64,000 nucleotides of DNA from Raillietiella orientalis (lineage: Eukaryota), in NCBI GenBank assembly GCA_036172245.1, contig JAYWIR010000025.1, positions 496,001 to 560,000 of the forward strand. The letters run 5' to 3'. A program made the translations under genes and the position numbers. The notes beneath the pieces were generated by a model. The model was not told the DNA's origin. It did no database searches and saw only the letters and a list, made by a program, of their open reading frames with translations. This document shows, one piece after another, positions 11,800-25,199 of the stretch (the stretch's first letter is position 1; each line of letters starts with the position of its first letter).

Positions 11800-14250
11800 A
11801 TATAAGATGCGGCAGTCCCTCCTCTACATAGAGAATCGAAGAATGCCATCCGAAAGTCGGAACACTAAAAGATCCGGCCGCAGTCGAAAGTCGTCGTGGG
11901 ATCTCTCCCTAAGAAGTTCCTGGAGGCGGGATGGCTCCCTCGTCTGTAGCTTCTTTTCAAGGTGCTTTCCAGTCCATGAGATGGAAATGCTCGGAAGCGG
12001 CAGGGAATCAAAGGGGTGGGGCAACTCTTGGCGGAATTCCCGCTCCACTCGGCGCCACTTCTGGAAGATCTGAAAGCAAGTCCTAGCTCCTCCTTCGCAT
12101 CACACTGGTCTTTGCCTGCTGGTCTCCAAGGTTCTCCACCTTCTCCTCCTCCCCTTTCTCTTCCCCTTCTTCCCTCGGTGTTCCTATCTTCAGCAGATCG
12201 AGTGGACGCCTCCCCAAACGTTTCAGCAGACCGGAAGACTCCTCCAGGAAAACGGCTACCTCTATCCCCGTCTCTCATCCCTGTTTCCCCTGTCCTCCAG
12301 TTCCTTGGCCTTCAGGCTTCTGCAGGGAACTTCGCCGCCCCGGTCGCCGGGAAACCGTGCAGCGGGTCTTCGAGAGAAGAACTCATCCCGGAGGACCTGT
12401 TTCGACAAACTGCATATCCCCGGCCCTCTTTTTCGCCCTGCTTAGTCCGTAACGCGCATGGACCACTCTGCCCCTCCCGTCCTGCCTCCAACCTTCCCGC
12501 CGCAGTGTCCTCTCCGTTGTTGCGTGCCGGGAACCTCTCGCTCTAGCAGCCGCTAAGGCCTCGACAAGCGACAGCCGGTGTCTTCTAGAGCAACAAAACG
12601 GCAACAGCGCTCTGGCCAGCGCTCTCTCCGCGAGCACCCGGCGGACTCTGACCTCCCATCAGGAATCGATTCAGGAGGCCGACCCACCCTATTCCTCCCG
12701 TCGATATCCGGCGGTCGTTCCGACGGGGAAGGCGGTAGGGCCGCCTTGGGATGAGCGCGACCGACAGCCTTTCCTGAGGCATAAGCTCCGTCCCTCAGAG
12801 CGATCGGAAAGCTGCCCCAGGATCCTGAAGAGAAGCCGGAATCGGTCTTCATTTCATTCATGAGCTCTGGAAGCTCCTTCTCGCATTGGTCCTCTCCTCG
12901 CTTCCGCCCCTTCTCTCCCCCCACAAGCTCTGGCTCCAGGGAACCAGGATCCCTCCCCCTTGAAATCAGCAGTGTCCCGCTTCTGAAGTAAGGAGAGACT
13001 CCTTACTTCAGACTCCTTCACGTCTCTCCACCGGGAGCGACGCGCTTGGAGGGCTCGGAAGACTTCGAGGGCGAGGTCTGGATGGCGGACTCTCCTTCCG
13101 GATGGAACGCCTGGCAGGAACCCCATCTCAGAAGAGGAGGGACGGCGTGTCCTTCCTGGCCTCCTCGTGCGAAGAAAACCAAAGACAGTGAGGATGCCCA
13201 GCTGCCTATTCAGACGCTGGCAGGTCTTGGCACCAACCAGATGCGGATGGGGTCTCTGGAAAATACGATCGGGTGAATCCAGTAATGTCTCAAAGGATGC
13301 AGATGACGGGTTCTTTCCACTTCGGAACTCTGCTGAGGAAGAGAGCAGAGAAGACGGCCGATCAGATCGGATGGATCTGTGATGGTGCGGCTCTCGGACT
13401 CCGTGCGGAAGCCCAAGAAACTTCAAAAGGTTTCGCGAGGAGAAATCTCCAGCGGAGGGATCATGCAGCCCGGAAATTCCAGGACAGCTGAAGACACCTT
13501 GAGAGGACAGAGGGAAGAAAGGGAGGAAGTGGGAAGGAAGATCTTAGATGCGCAGAGACTTCAGGCGGAGGACCGGGCCGGAGGTGTCGCAGTCCCTCAA
13601 TATGCAGAATTGGACTCGCTTCGAGGCGATTGCCCGGTAAGGCACGGAACCCAGCCGGCGGGCAATTCAGCGGGGGAGGAGTCTTTCGGCTAATGGCCAA
13701 TGTTGCAAGAATCGTGAGCATCTTGATCGGGGAGGGGAAGCGCACATCTCCTTCCTGGATCTCGCAAGATCGAGAGATGCGTCCGCCCGTCGTGAGGGGG
13801 AAACGAAATCCCCCCGGGGAACTTGGTGGATCCAGCAGGCGGCTGCGAGGCTTCCCACTTCACGGGGCCGAGATTCTGCCGAAAGAATGCTGACCCTGCC
13901 CCCGCGAGATCGCAATGGGAAGATGGACGAAGGACACGAGAGTTCTGGACCGCCTTTCAAATAGTTGGACAGGGAAGGAAGCGTCCTTCCGCGGCGAACA
14001 GGGGACGCGCGCTGTTTCAGAAGTGAGCGGGAGGAGGCTCGCACCTCCGTAAAGACACAGGGTTTCGTTTCCATGGCAGGAGGGATATGGCCGTCCACTT
14101 CCAGGAGGTGATGCCACCAACGGAGCATGCGAAGACAACGTATGGATGGTTCGTTCCAGGTCCCATTCAAGGAATCACCGTTGACCTTGATGTGTCGAGC
14201 TGGCATGGACGGCTGGGAAGACAGCGGGTCGCGAGACCACATTAAGTGAC
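11800..14250 (+). mobile_element. Possible heavily decayed non-LTR retrotransposon (L1/Tx1-like endonuclease-to-RT region)
   Basis: Weak motif echoes in order: NAWQEPH...PSW (cf. DAWRxxHP...TW), RCGWGLWKI (cf. GPGYWKLN), RSQWEDGRRTREFWTAF (cf. KSPGxDGLTxEFYxxF). Many frameshifts; boundaries are approximate. Confidence 0.3.
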
Positions 14251-14979
14251 CAGTGCGGGAAAGAATTTAATGGTGCTAACACCTGGCTCCGCTTGATGCC
14301 TTGTCCGGATGGCTGCTTCTCGGATGCATCCCCGTCCGCATGCGCTGGAAAAAGGGAAGTGAAGGTACCTCTTGCCGTTGCCGGGGTGGCGGGAGATGAG
14401 ATGCTGAGGAAGGATTCCAGGTGGAACGCGTCTTTATTCAAAGGAAGCTGAAGGCGGCGTGCAGGGTGCAGTGGGGTTTCCGGAAGGTCCGTCGCTCCGG
14501 TAGCCAGCAAGTACGTGCGATCTAGCCAAGTGAATCGCCCACTGGGGAAGGAGGGATCCACTCTTCAAGACAGCTGCAGGTGAAGCAGCTGCGAGCACCC
14601 GAATGTCGTCTCGCACCTTTCGGTTCTACCTCGACCGTCGTGGGGTCGACGCCAAGGGGTTTCGGACGCGGTCGTGGGTTCCCCTTTCTTTTCGCCTCGA
14701 TACGCATGCCCTGCGGTGCGGATGGCGCGCAACTGTTTCATCTGGTGGTTCTTGGATTTTCGGGACAGTCTTCAGGGAGCATCGTCGGCATCCGCCAGGA
14801 CACGCACGCGCGCACACGTGAGTACGAGGAAACGCTTGTGTGCGCCAGAAGCATCCACGGATAAGTAGGTCGCGGCTGCTGCTCTTCCGCATCGACAGAG
14901 TGGACACTTCCACGACGCCGGCAGCAATGTTTTTTTCCCCTTTTTGGGGGGGGAGGGATTCAACAAGTGTTATAAAACC

Positions 14980-15676
14980 ATCCTCCTCCTTACGGGGGGT
15001 TCACGAAGCTCTTTGACCCCGCATACGCCACCTGAGGGTGCGTGCAGTAACTCTACAAGTTAGTAAGCACCCCCTGCAAACCCAGGAAGACCCCGGAGGA
15101 AGGGGTGTGTTCCTCTTGCTCTTGGGAGGGAATTAGGAAGGAAAACGCTCGTCCTGGTTGTCTTCGAGGGGAACCTCGAAGGGATCCTCTTCCCTGTTCT
15201 GTCCGGAAGGAACCCCCGGAGAGGGCCGCTCCTCTTTTCTTCTCCGAAGGGAACCCGGAAGGAATCTGCTCCTGGAATTTCTTCTCCGGAAGGAACCCCC
15301 GCAAGAAAACCGCTCCATCTTCCCTACTCTAAAGAGAAGGTACGAAAGAACGTCTCCATATTTCTCTGAATGGCGCTCCCATAAGGGAGCAGCGCCCCCT
15401 GGAGAGGCTTTGCCTTTCCCTCCTCCTTTAGGGGAGAGGATGACTCCATTTTGACAACTGGAGGGGAACCCCGAATGGCTCCTTGATTCCTGGGAGGACC
15501 CGGAGGGTCAAATTCCAATCCTAGCCAGTCAACGGTGGGAACTCGAACCTCACGACGCACCCCTCCTTTCTCGGAGTCGATCCTTCCCCACCAGGTGGAA
15601 TTCGAACCCGCGATGCCTGGCAGCCGCGCGGACAAGCAGCAGTCTTAAGGTAGCCCCTTCGACTCTGCCATGGACG
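14980..15676 (-). mobile_element. tRNA-headed SINE-like element, copy B
   Basis: Minus-strand A-box-like TGGCAGAGTCG (15670-15660) and B-box GGTTCGAATTCC (15608-15597). Shared block ttcctgggaggacccggagggtcaaattccaatcctagccagtcaacggtgg. About six ~40-bp tandem units at ~15160-15400. Confidence 0.7.
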
Positions 15677-18600
15677 GCAGTCATGGCAAGTGGCAGCTTC
15701 CAGTTCCGCCGGTCCCCCCACCCCTACTAGGACTTCTCTTTTCGTTCGGGCAAGTCGAGAGACCCAAGGCGACCGGCCGCACTCCAGAAGGAACAGAGGG
15801 CGTGACGGGATGCCGGGGGCTGTAGAGGGAGAGCCGGAAGATATGAGGACCCTGAGGACTTTTCCGCCTTCTGTAGCTCTGTGGAGTGTGTGGAGCCTCG
15901 ATCAGGAGCAACGGGGTGTTCCCTGGCTACTCCCGTTGCTCCTGGAACCGGGAAGGGGAGCACCTTACTGTCGTGCGCTCTCCGTCGCCGCTTGTAGGAG
16001 ATAGGAGGCCCTCAGCCACGTGGGAAGGGGAGGGGAGAAGAAGCCGCCTTGGTAGGCGGTCCAACGGCCTCCCACGCCCGAAAGGTCGCCCGCGCTGCCA
16101 GGCGACCCGAATCCACAGCCGTGAATTCCTGATAAGAATGCCTGGAAGGCATGGGGGCGTGTATCCTCCTCTCTCTTCTCCCATCCTTCCTCCCTCCTTC
16201 CCCCCTTCCCGTTCTCCCTCTCCTGCTTGCCGTGCTACGGTTTCTTCCGCGCAGAACTTTCGTCCATCCCAAGGTCAGCTGTCCCCTTGGGCCGCCCAGC
16301 CGCCTCGCCCCAGCGGCTCCGACCCGCACGCGTTGGCCGCTGATGACAGAGGGTGGCTCCGCCATTACGCACGGTGCTGGGCCCAACGCCGGATACTGGA
16401 AGAGGGGCGTCTCGGGGGCGAAGGCGATTTCGTTTTGGAGTCCGGTAGGAGCGTTCTCTGAAGGTCATGCCCCCCCCCCCTTCGCCTTCCTCCTGACCCT
16501 GGTGCGCGCTACGCACCTCCGGGAAGAGTGAGGCGCCTCTGAGGAGTTCGGCGCCTCCACAGGCTCTGCACTAGCCCGCGCCGAGGACGGGGGCAGGCCG
16601 GATAGGAGGAGGAGGGGCACGCAGTGCCTCCCCTAAGGCAACTCCCCTGGCGGGTGGAGCGGGAGCGGCAGCGCCTCTTCCTCGCCGCTGACCGAAGCGC
16701 GCGAAAGCAGGCTTCAGCTCGCCGGGCAGTGGCGAGGGCGGGAGTGGTACCGTCGTTCGCGTCTCAGGAAGACACTCTTTCAGTGGTGGCAGCGGCTCCT
16801 TGATCCACCCTCTCCCTTGGTCCCGGGTCCGGGTCCCTAGAGGGACAGGAGAGGCGGCGAAGAAGGGGAGGTGGGAGAAGGACGGGGGGAGGGATACGAA
16901 CTGCTCGCCCGCCCCATCCGACGGTGCTTGCCACAGGGAGCGCACGCGTGCACTCCTGGCCCTGACCTCTTGGGAGACGGACGGGCGTCAGGCCGGAGGG
17001 AGGGAGGAAATTTGCCAGTGGGGATTTGTCGAAACAATCACAGGCTTTCGCCATTCCCGGAGGGCAGCCGTCCGAGCCACCGTCGGTCCCGCAGTGGACC
17101 CGGGTGGGTGAATTCCCGGAATTTCTTCTCGAGGGGCCCTGGGAAGCGCACGTAAAGGGGCGAGGCGTCGCGGTCGTCTTTGGCGGCGAATCCGCTAAAC
17201 GACGCCTGAGGCGCCTTGAGCGGCGCCCGGTAGCGCGTGTGCGCAAGGGAGAGGGGAGGGGAGGAGCCGACGCTGTAATTCCGCCCGTCTCCACGTGGCG
17301 CGCCCCGTGGCTCCGACTTCGCGAGACCTTGGTGCTGTTGCCGCGGACGGAGGCGACCCGACGCCAAGATGGGCGAGCGTCGCATCACCAGTCGCCGGAC
17401 CAACAGACCAGCAAAAAATGAAGAGAAAAACAGGAGACACCTGGAGCTACTCACGTCCCCAGGAGGAGATGACTCCCTTCTGCCCCCTTCCTCTTTCGCC
17501 CTCTTTGACTCGAGGGAAAGGGAGTGTAGGGATCCCAGCTCGAGAAGGTGCGGGAACCTCGTGGCGAGGAGCGTCCCGTGGGTGACGCCGATCCCGCCGC
17601 TGAGGTCGTGGAGGCGGAAAGGACAACGACTCTTCCAAAAGCAGCGGGTCGCCGCGGAAGCCTCCCCTTCTTCACAACCCCGGTAACGCGTCTTCTCCCG
17701 GCTTCCGCCCCGCCCGTTCCCAGAGAAGCCGTAACTTCACCAGACGAACGGGAAGGGTTGCCCCGCCCCTGGCCGTCCGCGAGCGATGCCTGGCGGCTTC
17801 CAAGGGGCTCCCGGCCTGTGCCTGGAAGAGATCCACAGAAAGGTTCCCGGTACTCCCCTCACATCTCCTCCTCTTCCTCCCTTCCTCCTTCTCAACGTCC
17901 CCATCGCTGTCGCCATCATCGTCATCGCTACCAGCGCCGTTTCATGGTCGTCGCCATCTTGGTTGTCGTCTCCGTTTCTGTTTCCGTTACCTCGGCCACT
18001 GTCATGGTCAGCGCTACCGCTGTCAGCGCCGTCGCTACCATCATGACCGTGGTCCCCGTCGTCCACTTCGACAGCTTCGGGCCGGAGAGAGAACCGCGTT
18101 TTCAGGGTTGGAGAGAGCACGGGCACCAGAGAGAAAAAGAAGACTTTTGAGCGTGGGGGAGTTCCTTGATGGGTGCGATCGGAGGTGAAGGCCCTTGCAG
18201 GGTCGAGGCCAGGGCACGAAAAGATCCCACTCCGGGGACTTCCTGGAGCTCTGTGACGTCAGCGAGCTTTGTCGCGTCAGGCGAACGTGCGACCTCCCCC
18301 TTCGCGCATGCAGCTGCAGACCCCGCTTCCGAGACCCCGAAGAAATTCATCATCGAGGTCGCTTGGAGGAGCTCTGCTCGCTGAGGAGGGGCAGGGAGGA
18401 GGTCCCGATCGTGCGCGCGCGGTTGCCATGGGATCGGCAGCCGAGCCTGTTTTTCCGCTGGTGCCCTTCAGCCCGTCGGGCATCCGTTACCCTCCTACGC
18501 CTGCTCACCCGATAAGGGCACACGCAAATCTCAGTTGAGCGAATGGGGAGAGGGAAGGGGAGCGAAGGGATGCTAAGAGGGGAGGTCAAGGATGGCGGCG

Positions 18601-20749
18601 GCGGCGGCATAGGAAGGACTTTCGTCGACCGAAGACCGGACAGACCGGAACAAGGGTTGGGAATCCCGGAGGGGCCGAAGGAGGGGTCACAAGCCCCCAG
18701 TCTCAGCCAACAGACCACTCAGGTCTTGAGGACTTGGGAGCTTCCGGCAAGGTAGAGGATTGCGGCTCCCAGCTGCGCCCATGCGCGCGAGAACTCCCTG
18801 GCATCCCCTTCCCCCTTCCTCCTTCTCCTCTTCTTTCTCCTCCTTCTTCTCGCCTCCTCCTCTCTTCCTCTCTCCTCTTCCTCCTTTCTGTCTCTTCCTC
18901 TTCCTCCTCCCGTTTGAGTCCTTCACAAGGAAGAGCGGAGTTCACGCGGGTCTTTCCGAAGAAACCGCGACAGCCGCGCGAGAGGGCTCTACCTCAAGAC
19001 GCACCCAAGAAGAATAGGCCTGGAGGTGACGCCTTCCAGGCCTCAAACCGCCGCGGACGGGATCCCTGTCGGGGACGACGTGTCCTTCCCTGTCCTTCCC
19101 CGAGGAAGATAGGGAGGTGGAGAGAAGGACGGGAAGGAGGGGAGGGGTCGGTCACTCTATCTCATGGAGGTTCCTTGTGCCCTCCTCGTAGGAGCTCGCG
19201 GTGCCTCGCGTACGCCGGTAGACTTTTCCGGGGCTCTCGGAGGTACTCCCTCCCTTCCAGCCCCCCTGCTCACCTCGTCGTCACCACTGCGTGCCACCCC
19301 ATTCCCGCCACCATGCGTGAGCGGAGGCCGTGCTGCTGACCTATGTGGAGCTCTTGGCGACTTGACCTCCACTGCTTCATTCTGATCTTCCCCTTTGAGA
19401 CTTTTCACTTCTTGGGCGCTACCCGCTGGTGACCTCCCGCTCGATTCCGCGTTTCTTTTTAGTCACCTCCATGCTTTGCTGGAAAGCAGAGGAAGCCGTG
19501 CCTGGCAGTCGTGGTGACCTCTGAGCTTTGCGGGCGCCACCAGAAGACATCTCTGCTTCCCCTGACTTGCACATCGCATCCTTTTCTCAGGGAGCCAGCA
19601 AGAACTGCTGCCGCCAGCCCCTCTAGAGCCCGGGAATCCGGACAATGGCAGATCCGCAGTCTTTGGAGGGCATCTCCTCTGCTCCCCTTTTTCTCGGATG
19701 TGCCTCGGGGCTGAAATGCTTGAAGATTCCTTTCGGCGGCACTGCTAGTGAGGGGTACCCCCTTCCCAGTTATTTCCCCTTCCCTCCTTTGCAAGGTATC
19801 CGTCCGAGCATCTTCCTCTCCGGGCGAGGTGGAAGCAGAACTCTGCCCTGGACCACTGCCGGGGGCACTCCGTCACTCCACAGCGGGTCTCGGGGCCGTG
19901 AGCCGCGGGGCCTCCTGACGTTGCCTAACGACGTAGGCGGGGAAAGAGAGCCCACGAGAGCCCTGCCTGGACACACGAGAAGGGAAAGGAACCGCCTCGG
20001 GGGGAGAGGGAGCCACGGTCACCTCGCATCCTCCCCGTATCTTTCCCCGCCTTCTTACTTTTCTCTCGTCGGGAAGGGGGCGGCCCTCTGTCCTTCCCCT
20101 GGGGCAGGCGAGAAATTCCATTTCCCGGGCAGAGGCGAGGCGACAAATCGGGGGACCGCGGCCAGAGTCAACCAGTCCCGAGGGGAGGAGGAGGAAGAAA
20201 AGGAGGGAGGTGACCCTCGGGCGTCCTCGGCCTTGCGCCACTCCCTGTCCTTTCCGCAGCAAGGAATCGCCTGCGGTCCAACCTACCGACAATCAGGAGC
20301 GCCGCGGAATCGGGGCGCAGCCCGCAGTCCTGGGAGACACGCACTTTTGGGGCGCTCAAGGGGAGGGGAGAGTCCACCACTCCCCATTCTATTCCTGTGC
20401 ACTTCCGCCTCTCTGCGCTGCCATCCCCGTCTCTGGTGCACGCAGGTGGCGACGTGGGGTGGAAGCACAGAACCGTGGGGTTGCACACCCGGGGACACCG
20501 CCTAATGGTCAGCCTGGAGGTCGCACCCCACCCATGGAGGCGCGAGGCCCTAGTGATGTTCTCCCTGGCCAAGGTGCACGACGCCTGAGAATGCCCTCGC
20601 ACCTTCCTTGGCCGATCGTTCAGCCGTCTCCAGGACGACAGGCCTGCTTCAAGGGGAAGGAGCGCGTCGGCCCACGGGACGGTCCGGCCCGGTGGGTGCG
20701 GCGAGGGCTGGGGCGCAGCATTCGCAGCGTGGCAGACAAGGGAGTGTCC

Positions 20750-21900
20750 TCAGCCTGGGAGTCTCCTCAGCCGATTCTCCCTCGAGAGGCTCCATTTCCC
20801 GCTCCCCTGATGACCCCTATCCCAGCTCCTCCCTGCGTCCCCGGCAAGGAAGCAACGCGGTGCTCCTCCTCCCCGGGGTCCAGCGAGGTGAGGACGCCTG
20901 TCAGGGAACTGTCCCTTTCCCCCGGCACGTTCTTCTGGTCACGCCGGAAGAGGGGCAGGAAGACGTCCTCTACCCGGAAAGGACCCACCGGCACGGCACC
21001 CGCCTTCCCCCGTCGAAGAGCAGAGGGCGCATCGAGGTGACCGCTTGAAGGAAGGAGGTCACGCCTCGAGCGGGGTGGCGATAGCGGGAGCTGCCAGCAT
21101 CTCGTCTTCCTCTTTCCCCCCTCGTCCCCCGGACTGATCATCGAGGCAGCCGCGTTTCCCTTGGTCTCTAGCTCAATAGAAACGCACGTCCGCGGGAAAG
21201 GATGCAGCGGGATCTCCGCGCCAAAGGTCCATTCCAAGCTCATCCGAAGGGTTTCCGGGTGGAGAGAGGAGCCCTGCGGAAGACGCGGAACATACTCAGT
21301 GGGAATGGAGCAGTCGGCGATGGATACGAACAGCGACCGGAGGCAGAGGCCGAACCCTGATAGCCAGAATTTCCAAGTCCGCGCTCCCTTTGAAAAGTCA
21401 ACAGAGCTCCAGAGCGCTCAACTTCAGCAGGTTGTGGAGGTGACCAAGGAGAAACAAGACATCGAGAGGGAGGTCTCTGGGTAGTCATCAACGTTAGAAG
21501 TCATCACGACTGCTAGGCACGCTGCTTAGGTAATGGGTCAATTTTGGATGGCCACTATCATCTCGCCTTGAGTCTCAGGAGTGAGCTGCACAGGCAGCTG
21601 GAGGAACAGCAGCGGTGACAGCAGCCGTGAGCTTTCCGCCCCACATTCGCACTCCAGGGAGCCGACCGACATCTTGACCCTCAGAACCCCGACCAGGATC
21701 TCCGTGGTCGCGAGGAGCAAGAAGACCAACGAGAAATCAGTCAGCGTGGCGTGGAGAGTGACTGCGAGCTGCGGGATCCACCAGGGGCAGGCCGAACGTG
21801 ACCACCGTCCAGAGACACTCTTCGGGATGCACCGACTTTTCGGTCGCCTTTCCTCCGTGCAGTTCTGAGGGCAGACGCGCCTCCTCCCGAGCTCTTAAGG
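20750..21900 (+). mobile_element. Decayed LINE reverse transcriptase fragment
   Basis: SRSPDD...VLLVTPEEGQEDVLYPERTHR (cf. APGPD...VIPIPKxGKDxxxPxNYRP) at ~20795-20990, and a frameshifted RSLG/VVIN (cf. KYLGVxID) near 21470-21495. Confidence 0.35.
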
Positions 21901-23552
21901 GTGCTTCTAAGGGTGCCGACCTCATCCAAAGGAACCAGGTGAGTCGTGGGCGCGAATACAGGTGAGTATTCTGGGAGGCTTCTGGAGTAGCTTGGGTAGG
22001 GTCGTCTTAACTTCGCCTACGCAAGATCGCCGCAAACCTCCGATCAGATCTCTGGAAACCTGGAAACGCCCTCCAGGTGGACCGCAACGGATGCGATCGT
22101 CAGATTAAATACAGCAACGAGGCAAGACGCAGCCCTTAGGCAATTGAGGTCGGCGCCGCAACGCCTCTGCAACCCTTTCATTCCTCCTCCTCGCCCTCTC
22201 TTTTGGTGAGGAGGGCAAAACGTTCGAGGCGCCTTCGCTCCTATCTCCATCTCTTTGCACGAGACCGAACTTGTCTTTGATCACGGCGTGCTGCCACCTA
22301 GTGGGGACCCAATGATTCGTCTCCCAGGCCGACGACGCTCCTTTCATTGGGAAAGAGAAGGGGGTACGAGGATCCCTGCGTTCTGTCTCTTGGAAAAGCA
22401 CGGCACGCCTGGCCGGCTGATTCCCGGCGCTGGAACTTTTCCATTCCGTGTTTCACAGGCATGCCGACGCCCATCAGCGACTGGAACCGACGGTCAGTTT
22501 GCCAGTCTTGTTGGTAATGCGCTTTCCAACGACGGCTATGCTGGACGGGAAATGACCTCCGGCCCTCGAACTTTTTCTCACCTCCTACCCCTGGTCATAA
22601 CCTTGCGACCATCCCCTCACCCTGCCTCTCTTTCCTCCATTCATCCATCGGGACCAGCCTCGTACTCTACGGCGAAACCGAGATGATGAAACTTCTTTTC
22701 GCTCCTTCCACAATCGACCTCTCTTCACCGCCGTCTTCGTCGCGTTCATCTTCTTTGCTCCTTCTATGTTAGTCTTCTTCACCGCTCAACATCTCTAATC
22801 CAAACCTGGACGAAATCCACGATCCGCATCCACAAGAAAAGGCAACCACTCTGTGAATCAAAACCTGCGGTTGACCCAGGTCCTGTTCTTCTCATCATCA
22901 ATCTACCAAGGTTCAGGCCACACGAGAACGATGGCCAAGAAGATGCCGATCGGCTCTCCGGAGCGCCAAGGTGGGGCGGATTCTCTGTCATCCGCCCATG
23001 CATCCGCATCGCACGAATGCCAAAGCAACTTTTCGCCACGTGCCACATGACGTTCTACATGAGCTGGCTAGCTCACCTCACTCCAGTAGCCCTCCCACCA
23101 TCCCTACTACCCGCTGGAACCACGAGGCTTACGATCCGACCTACGTCGCCCTGCGTCACCTCTGGCCGCGCCTTCATCGGAGAGTGCCAGCACGTCTCAC
23201 CATTCTTGGCGAGTAGATTCGAGGAAGTTTTCTCGAGAATTCCAAGAATTCAGTGATGCTGCTCTCGGAGAAGCGTCTGGAACATTCCATGGCCACCCTC
23301 CCTGCTGCTCCCAGAATTTCTGCTCTTCGAGTGCTCCGGCTGCCGTGATGAACCCCGTCGGTAAAAGCCGGTCGCAACGAGCATTCCGATCGGCGTGGCA
23401 GGTACAGAGCATCTTTGTCGGCTGAGTCAGCTAACGCTCTTCCGGGGAGAAATCGACCCCCCTCGGCCCATCCGACCCTTCGAGGGACGGATCCTAGCAC
23501 GCCGCGGCGCTCCGACGCTCCCTGGATGGGACCTAGCGACCACCCCCTTTCT

Positions 23553-24270
23553 CGTGGCGGAAATCCTTAGGGGTTGTCCCTTCTTTCGCTGCTTTCCTTC
23601 TGGCTTCTTTTTTTCGCTCCTCTCTTTTATAGTTCGCCAAGTTCCAGAGAAACGTCCACCTCCTCAGAGGGGGCTCAAGGAGCTCTTTAAGCATCGCCCA
23701 CGTCACCCGAGGGTGCGCGTGGCTCTTCCAGTTCAGGGGCAACCCTGTAGGGACCTCCTTGTGCATCTCAGGAGGGTCCGGAGGAAGGAAGTCCACTCCT
23801 CCTACGTTTGGTATGGGACACTGAACCTCGAAGCAGAGCCGGTTGTCTCCGAAGAGAACCCCGCAGGGAACTTCTTTCTTGTTCTCTCGGGAGGGACCCC
23901 CGTAGAAGGGACACTCCTCATTTCTTCTCGGAGGGCATCCTCAAGAGAACCGCTCCCTGTTCCCTTCTCTCTGCAGAGAACCCCGAAGGGGCGCTTCCCA
24001 GTTTCTCTTCAGGGTGCTCCCCAAAGGGAGCAGTGCTCTTCTCCCCACTCTGGAGAGACATCAATCCTCCAGCCCCATGGTGCGAGATGGAGGGCCTCTT
24101 CCCTGAGGGAATGGGAGCGGTTTCATCTGCACAACAGGAGAGGGAGAATCCGAAGGGCTTCTTTATGTCCTGGAAGGACCCCAAAGAGTCAACTTCCCCT
24201 TGCAGCCAGTCAACGGTGGCATCTGGGGGTTTCCAGCTCCCACCAGTGCCGTGCCCGAAGCCAACCGAAG
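23553..24270 (-). mobile_element. SINE-like element, copy C (tRNA head not seen)
   Basis: High-similarity reverse complement of ~5490-6170. About five ~40-bp units at ~23847-24045; shared agccagtcaacggtgg block at ~24205. Confidence 0.75.
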
Positions 24271-25199
24271 GTCGACCAGCGCCATCCTGCGGGTCAAGAG
24301 ATCGCGGGAGGAAGTCGTAGCTGACCCACTCAGGTGCAGAAAGGTCAAGGAGCGACCCCGTTCGGCGGCGCAGTTTCGTCCGAAATGCCGCCGCAAGAGG
24401 CAGCGGGGGTGGGCGGGCAGATTCGCTTGCACGGACCCCACCTCGCCTTTCCGGAACACTGCTCCACCCCATCGGCGGAATTCCGACCGGGAGGAAGGGG
24501 AAAAGAAACTGCCCTGAGGCCTTAGGACGGGGATGCCACCGCTGCCTTTGTGGTGGACGCTGCCACCAGGACTGACCAAGGGCTCCGGACGACCGTCTGT
24601 GAAGGGCAGACACGGCAAGGAGAAAGAAGCGCCCGTCTGAAGCGGACAAGGTCACCTGTGCACGAGCAGCCGCAGGCACCGCATGAGCTCCCGAGGGAAA
24701 CAACGCTGAGCCAAGTACCGTCCGGTGGGGAGCGACCGACCCGGACGAGCAACGGAGGGTCTCCCTGGGGTTACGCCGCCGCCAACGCCAGCGGCAGCGC
24801 CGAAACTGCAGTTTCCAGCCATCTTCGCTAGAACAGCGCCACCCACTGGGAACGAGGGACTTCCGGTCTTCGCTCAGGAGGGTTTGCTGCCCGCAGGAGA
24901 CCTGTGGCACTGCGGCCCTCTGTCGCCAGCGGCCCTCAGGTCAACAGCAACAAAAGAGAGGAAAAAAAAAAACCCTCGGGGAGGAGACTCCGCACTTCCG
25001 GTGCGCGTGCGAGACTGCGGCGGCGGCACGTGCTGGCGGCGTCCTGGTACCCGCCTCCTCTTGCCGAGAATGCCAACTTGGCACCCATGACACCGGCTCA
25101 GAAACAGCTGACCCTTCCTTGATCCACGACCGACGCTCGGGTCACCCTAGCATCCCTCCTCTCCCGCCCTACCCTCTTCCCGTGAGCTACTTTTGGTAC

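Noticed and set aside
15160..15400. Regularly spaced ~40-bp repeats resembling a CRISPR array
   Set aside because: Units are degenerate along their whole length with no repeat/unique-spacer structure; the context is eukaryotic and no cas genes are present.
17890..18070. D/G/H/N-rich minus-strand peptide (DDGDHGHDGSDGADSG...)
   Set aside because: Looks like a degenerate trinucleotide microsatellite; no splice or start context supports an exon.
18270..18370. EFLRGLGSGVCSCMREG, resembling a kinase glycine-rich loop
   Set aside because: A single short motif followed by a stop, with no downstream kinase motifs.
22100..23400. Possible minus-strand LINE endonuclease relic (IYSP)
   Set aside because: Diagnostic GDFN and SDH motifs are not recognisable.
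23395..24324. 309-aa ORF sharing a peptide with 5660-6013, suggestive of a gene family
   Set aside because: The similarity is nucleotide-level SINE-like repeat homology; frames differ between copies and there is no protein motif.
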